A DNA stretch of 64,000 nucleotides from Patescibacteria group bacterium. Lineage in GTDB: Bacteria; Patescibacteriota; Microgenomatia; Levybacterales; UBA12049. Within the stretch, counting starts at the first letter, position 1; each line of letters starts with the position of its first letter. The notes beneath the pieces are model-generated. The model ran no database searches, had not been told where the DNA came from, and saw nothing but the letters and a program-made list of their open reading frames with translations. Both the position numbers and the translations under genes were made by a program. Shown here piece after piece: positions 58,416 to 64,000 of this stretch. The DNA is taken from contig JBBTTO010000003.1 in the NCBI GenBank assembly GCA_038064195.1, forward strand, positions 43,029 to 107,028, read 5' to 3'.

Positions 58416-58520
58416 TTATGCACTGTTCGGATGAAAAAGGGGAGAAAAAGAGGCAGAGGAGCAAACTCCCTCTAAAGAAGGGGAAAGTATAACTGTGTCG
58501 ATATTATTGCCTGTTTTCAT
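58416..58520 (-). CDS. Possible 34-aa leader/precursor-like peptide ORF immediately upstream of the ATP-grasp gene
   Basis: MKTGNNIDTVILSPSLEGVCSSASFSPLFHPNSA read by hand on the minus strand. Its stop abuts the ATP-grasp start. No clear SD. Confidence 0.12.
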   Translation of the reverse strand: MKTGNNIDTVILSPSLEGVCSSASFSPLFHPNSA

Positions 58521-58725
58521 AGGTTCGCTCTGTACTAAGACAGGTAGAGAACGTAAAAAAGTATTATACACTATTGTCAAGGGAAAATCAAGCCTATAGT
58601 GAAGCTAAATTATTACAGGATTACGGAGTAATTTTTCACAATCCCGAAGCAATTTGTTATAAGATATTTTCATAGACCACTTTTTTGGATTAAAAACGTC
58701 CCAAAACATAATCTATTTCTGAGCC

Positions 58726-58753
58726 TTGACAATCTCTAAAATGAAGCTATAAT
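58726..58753 (+). promoter_or_regulatory. Candidate rRNA promoter (TTGACA-16nt-TATAAT) with an AT-rich upstream element
   Basis: Seen directly, about 260 nt upstream of the 16S 5' end. Confidence 0.45.
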
Positions 58754-59009
58754 AGCTAATACGTATGTAGGGATAAGACATGGAATCTTTCTGTGACTCG
58801 CTCTCTAGCGAGTTTTTTTGTCCTTACCTACTCTTCATTACCTCTTAACTTGTCCGATGTTCATCGGACTAACAAGTAGTAATTCGAACTTTGACAGTCA
58901 GAAAGTGGTAGGGAATATTTAGGACTTCAAACTTCCCTTTAGCAGTGCACACGCTTTGCTATTTTTTGTTTGAAGACCGTCAAAGTACTTTGACGTAAGT
59001 TGAAGTATT

Positions 59010-60503
<1,494 letters not shown>

Positions 60504-60747
60504 AATTTTTTCTATTCGCCCTCGTAAGAGGAACGAAAATCTAAATTAGATCTGGGGAAGACATAAAACTTGCTCTAAACAGTCATCTAGACTGGGTTAG
60601 ACAAGGAGCAGTGTAAACCAAGCAACCAAGCTGAGTGAGTAGAGCTTGAGTAACCTCGTTAATACTGAGAGGTTACATAAAATCTACTCTCGCCTTTCCT
60701 ACCACTTTTTGATTAGTCAGAGCCCCGATTTAATCGGACAAGCTTAA

Positions 60748-60775
60748 AAGCCACCTAACTGGTGGCTTTTTTGTG
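60748..60775 (+). terminator. Rho-independent terminator (AGCCACC-taact-GGTGGCT plus TTTTTT) ending the rRNA transcript
   Basis: Seen directly, about 250 nt after the 16S 3' end. No 23S follows. Confidence 0.5.
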
Positions 60776-60781
60776 ACTATT

Positions 60782-62005
60782 TTAGGAGTTTTTTTGAGCT
60801 GTAATGAGGTTGGTATAGATATCTTCAAGTTTGTTAACGTATTCCTCAATACTGAACTGTTTGGCCATTTTGGCACTTTCTTTACCGTATTCCAGACGTT
60901 TTACATCATCTGAGAGAAGATCACAGATTTTTTCGGCAAGCATTACGGGATCTTTAGGTGCCAATTCACCATTTTTACCAGGGATTACAAGATCCACGAC
61001 GGCTTTATCATCAACTGCGACAATTGGCTTGTGGGCGGTAAGTGCCTCGATAAGAACTGTCGGGAAATTATCGGTATCACTCGTGAAGAAAACAACGTCC
61101 GCTGCATGATTGGCGCTGGCAATCATATTCGGATCGACAAAACCTGTAAAAATAATATTATTCTGGAGCTGTAACTCAGCCGTCATTTTTTCAAGAGCCG
61201 GTCGCTGTGTCCCATCTCCTAAGATAGCTAAGTGGGCCTCCGGAAATTTCCTGACGACAAGTGCCCAGCTCTTGATCGCCACGTCAATATTTTTGGCTTT
61301 TTCAAGCGAGCCGACAATAATACTGAGAGGGTGTCTGGGATTGATATCCCATTTTTCATAAAAATCTTTGTCAGTTATTTTTTGGGCTATTTTCTGATCG
61401 ATAGCATTAGGGAAGTGATCGATTTTGGCACTGACATGGGCATGTTCGAGTTCATCAACCGCTTTAAGCGAAGGTGCGAGAATAAGATCAAATCTATTGT
61501 AGTAATTCCTGGTCACTGCATCGGCAATCGGCCGGGTAAAAGCCTGTGCGCGAGGGAGCATCCAAGCGAAATACTGGCTGACAAATGTGTGGATCGTAAC
61601 AACTGAGGGTATCTTGAGTTTTTTGGCAATGCGGGTGGCCATAAAGCCGCTGAAAAAAAGGTGACTGTGTACAATGTCGGGCTTAAGAGCGAGAATTTGC
61701 TGCTCAAGTTTTCTGTTATAAGGAACAGCTAAGGCATCATCGGCGTGAGTGTAGGTTTTAACTGACGGGAGGTAGAAGATATCGTCCCCTGTCTTCTGGG
61801 TTTTGGTGACACGCGGGGTCAGGATAAGGACCCTATGACCTCTTTTGCGTAATTCATCCTGGAGCATGATCACATGTCTGACAATACCGTTAACATGCGG
61901 GGGATAATGATCGGTGGCAAAGAGGATGGTCACGAATTTAATTATAGATGAATGAGAAGAAATTGAATAGGGAAATGTGGGTAGCCGTGGAATCGGACCA
62001 CGCAC
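60782..62005 (-). CDS. GT4-family glycosyltransferase (RfaB/GT1-like); probable start GTG at about 61933 (VTILFATDHYPP)
   Basis: N-terminal ILFATDHYPPHVNGIVRHV and C-terminal EALTAHKPIVAVDDKAVVDLVIPGKNGEL (E-x7-E region), typical of GT4 retaining glycosyltransferases. Confidence 0.75.
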   Translation of the reverse strand: MRGPIPRLPTFPYSISSHSSIIKFVTILFATDHYPPHVNGIVRHVIMLQDELRKRGHRVLILTPRVTKTQKTGDDIFYLPSVKTYTHADDALAVPYNRKLEQQILALKPDIVHSHLFFSGFMATRIAKKLKIPSVVTIHTFVSQYFAWMLPRAQAFTRPIADAVTRNYYNRFDLILAPSLKAVDELEHAHVSAKIDHFPNAIDQKIAQKITDKDFYEKWDINPRHPLSIIVGSLEKAKNIDVAIKSWALVVRKFPEAHLAILGDGTQRPALEKMTAELQLQNNIIFTGFVDPNMIASANHAADVVFFTSDTDNFPTVLIEALTAHKPIVAVDDKAVVDLVIPGKNGELAPKDPVMLAEKICDLLSDDVKRLEYGKESAKMAKQFSIEEYVNKLEDIYTNLITAQKNS

Positions 62006-62102
62006 CTCGTTCTTATCAGGAACGCGTTCTAACCGATGAACTAGCTACCCTCAAGTCAGGCTCTTATTCTAGCAGATTTAAACCCTGTTTGGAAAGACGA
62101 TG

Positions 62103-62175
62103 AGGCGCGAATCGGATTCGAACCGACGAATGGCTGTTCTGCAAACAGCTGTGTTAACCGCTTCACCACCGCGCC
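62103..62175 (-). tRNA. tRNA-Cys (anticodon GCA)
   Basis: The reverse complement folds: acceptor GGCGCGG/TCGCGCC, anticodon arm GCTGT-TTGCAGA-ACAGC, T arm GTCGG-TTCGAAT-CCGAT. Confidence 0.8.
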
Positions 62176-62298
62176 ATGTATGTATGGATTTTACCATAGC
62201 TTTCGATAAATTGCCTCTAGCTTTGCAATAAACGGGTAAAGTGCGTATAATACCCCATAGTTCTTTGACTTGTCGTTTTTCGTGACAGGAGGGTCACG

Positions 62299-62826
62299 GT
62301 GGACCGATTCTTGAAGCCCATTCCGATAATCTATCGGATTGGGCCACGACGCTTAAGGCCATGGATCGCCGGGGGGATCACGCTTAGCGGCCTCTACGGG
62401 ACTATGCAAGCGGTGCGTCTTTCAACAGGTAACCCTTGGAAGGGGACGACTGACGTCTTCAACCGAGGGGACCCGAGTCTCGCCATCATGGCCGCGGCGA
62501 TTGCCGCCGGTCTTCGCGATTATGCTCCTGAGAGCCTACGTCCAAAGGAGACGTACTTCAGAGTCGGAGGGGTCTTCCTTGCGCTCAATACCGTCGGGGA
62601 GATCTTAAACCTGCTCAATGGCATGGAGCTTAGCAAAGAGTTGGAACCGGGGCAGATTGCTCACTTCCTGCTCACTCCGATCTGGGGTGCGTTTTTGGGC
62701 GTTCCCTTGTTTGATCTCCTCTTTCACGTGGAGGGGAAAAGAGTAGAACGATTTGTGGCTATTGCTGTCCTGAGTTATTACATCTATACGCTCGTAACGT
62801 CGATGTCGCAGGGCAGCCTCGCCTAA
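62299..62826 (+). CDS. Hypothetical membrane protein in a GC-rich patch adjacent to tRNA-Cys
   Basis: 175-aa ORF with clearly elevated GC and 3-4 hydrophobic segments. No motif. Confidence 0.35.
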   Translation: MDRFLKPIPIIYRIGPRRLRPWIAGGITLSGLYGTMQAVRLSTGNPWKGTTDVFNRGDPSLAIMAAAIAAGLRDYAPESLRPKETYFRVGGVFLALNTVGEILNLLNGMELSKELEPGQIAHFLLTPIWGAFLGVPLFDLLFHVEGKRVERFVAIAVLSYYIYTLVTSMSQGSLA

Positions 62827-62956
62827 GAACTACAGCACCGGCTAGGTGCGCACAGTGTCGATAGTCAGATTTTTGTCTGCAACAGCAGACGGGAAAGTAG
62901 CTGGGGACCTGTTCGTTACCCCGGTGCTTTTTCGTGGCTATTAATTGATTGTTTTT

Positions 62957-64000
62957 CTATTTTTCTTTCTTCCAAAACTCTTCCTGGCGGCAGAGGTTTT
63001 TACGATCATTTTTATCAGCCAAAATCTGCTTGACTGCTTCTTCCAGGAAAATTGTATTTTGTGAACCCTTAGCCAGGACGATGCTATTCTTTACCAGATT
63101 TTCTTTCATAAATTCCCCGGCACGAATTGAAGTATCAAACCAGCGAATTTCCTTGAAGAGTGACTCGTTTAGTTGTACAACGGGTAAAACATATTCCCGA
63201 GTAAGGGGCCCAACAAGATACAGGTAGTCAACAATCCCTATCAATTTGACAGCTACTTCCTCATGCTCTATCTTGCTCTCTTCACCTAATTCGCGCATAT
63301 CTCCAAGGAGAAGTGTTACCGGTCGATCGGTTTCTTTTTTAAGAGTATCTACCAAATCGAGAAAAGTACTAATCGATGCTTTGGAGGCGTTGTAGGTGGA
63401 ATCAATGATCATGGTATTATTAATACCGCTAAAAAGACTGGAGCGCCCTTTAGGCAATACATAGTTTTTTTCAAGTGACGCTTTGATTTGTTCTAGAGTT
63501 AGTCCCGTTTGTAATCCAACCAGGATAGCAGCAGCAAAAACCTCGCGATATTCACGAGGAAGGATGAATCGGGGGAAATTAACAGTAACTTCTTCGCGTT
63601 TATCTTCAGTTTTAACGTAAAAAGCAAAAGATGTTCCTTTAAGACTTACTTTATAAAGACCATAGGAAATGTCGCAGCTATTTTTAGTGCCGAATGAAAG
63701 AAGCTTTGTACTCGTCGGTGTTTTACTTTTAATTTGTTCTGATACATATTCATCATCTGTATTATAAATTCCGATAGCACATTGAGATTTCGTAATTATT
63801 TTGGTATCTTCCTCGGCAATTTTCTGAATTATCAATTTAAGTCTCTCTTCTTCGCTTAGCGCATTGCGATTATCGCTTAGCGTCTTGTCAAATTGCAGTG
63901 AGTGAGTTGCCGAGACATTAAGTGAGACAGCAATGTGAGGTTTGAGAATTGTGAGCAGATACCCCATATTCTTAGGTGGGTCAGGTTCATCTATACCCAT
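62957..64000 (-). CDS. murF: Mur ligase family (UDP-MurNAc-tripeptide--D-Ala-D-Ala ligase-like), 5'-partial at window edge (N-terminus beyond 64000)
   Basis: Mur ligase central/C-terminal motifs TMIIDSTYNASKAS and LLLGDMRELGEES. The frame stays open to the window edge, so the track's Met at 64000 is artificial. Confidence 0.7.
   Translation of the reverse strand: MGIDEPDPPKNMGYLLTILKPHIAVSLNVSATHSLQFDKTLSDNRNALSEEERLKLIIQKIAEEDTKIITKSQCAIGIYNTDDEYVSEQIKSKTPTSTKLLSFGTKNSCDISYGLYKVSLKGTSFAFYVKTEDKREEVTVNFPRFILPREYREVFAAAILVGLQTGLTLEQIKASLEKNYVLPKGRSSLFSGINNTMIIDSTYNASKASISTFLDLVDTLKKETDRPVTLLLGDMRELGEESKIEHEEVAVKLIGIVDYLYLVGPLTREYVLPVVQLNESLFKEIRWFDTSIRAGEFMKENLVKNSIVLAKGSQNTIFLEEAVKQILADKNDRKNLCRQEEFWKKEK

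Overview
This is a 64 kb window of a compact, low-GC (about 40-43%) bacterial genome with a few sharply GC-rich patches. The gene content is a streamlined informational and cell-envelope core with many membrane-anchored or secreted hypothetical proteins, a giant repeat-rich surface protein, small direct overlaps between adjacent genes and unusual placement of rRNA, tRNA and ribosomal-protein genes. By inference only, this suggests a Patescibacteria (CPR)-like organism.

Main contents, in order:
- 5'-partial WecB/TagA glycosyltransferase.
- PIN toxin plus an excisionase-type HTH protein.
- LytR_C membrane protein.
- GalT-like HIT uridylyltransferase.
- A roughly 2.5 kb GC-rich island of four hypothetical ORFs bounded by hairpins and a second excisionase-type HTH gene.
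- An F1-type ATP synthase operon (alpha, gamma, beta, epsilon) preceded by an odd membrane protein, with no delta, a, b or canonical c genes nearby.
- A 1052-aa tail-fibre-like surface protein with a C-terminal S74-type intramolecular chaperone domain.
- secE-nusG-rplK-rplA-[two unknown genes]-rplJ-rplL on the minus strand, with a duplicated 92-bp leader in front of both rplK and rplA.
- galU, a PAP2 phosphatase, and an orphan GAF/histidine kinase.
- An orphan PurD-like ATP-grasp ligase, an S8 subtilisin, an L,D-transpeptidase, a methyltransferase and a deaminase.
- A polymerase-domain-only Pol I.
- A GC-rich SDR gene.
- A tRNA cluster (Thr-UGU, Tyr-GUA, Thr-GGU plus a tRNA-like remnant), then rpmG and tRNA-Trp.
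- An M50 protease, rpmB, fmt-def, and a Wzy_C/TPR membrane protein.
- mreBCD-PBP2, dprA, a GT-C membrane glycosyltransferase and topA.
- Several secreted hypotheticals, a SpoU methylase and a family-4 UDG.
- A four-gene operon: L-amino-acid-ligase-like ATP-grasp, two tandem FemAB/CelD-like (PF13480-like) paralogs and a SAM methyltransferase, plus an upstream 34-codon ORF. This is the best candidate in the window for an undescribed small-peptide biosynthesis or cell-wall-modification system.
- A 16S rRNA gene that is divergent at universal primer sites and is not followed by a 23S.
- A GT4 glycosyltransferase, tRNA-Cys, a GC-rich membrane-protein gene and a partial murF.

All calls come from reading the translations and the sequence by eye; no searches were run. 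Manually derived coordinates may be off by 1-2 nt.
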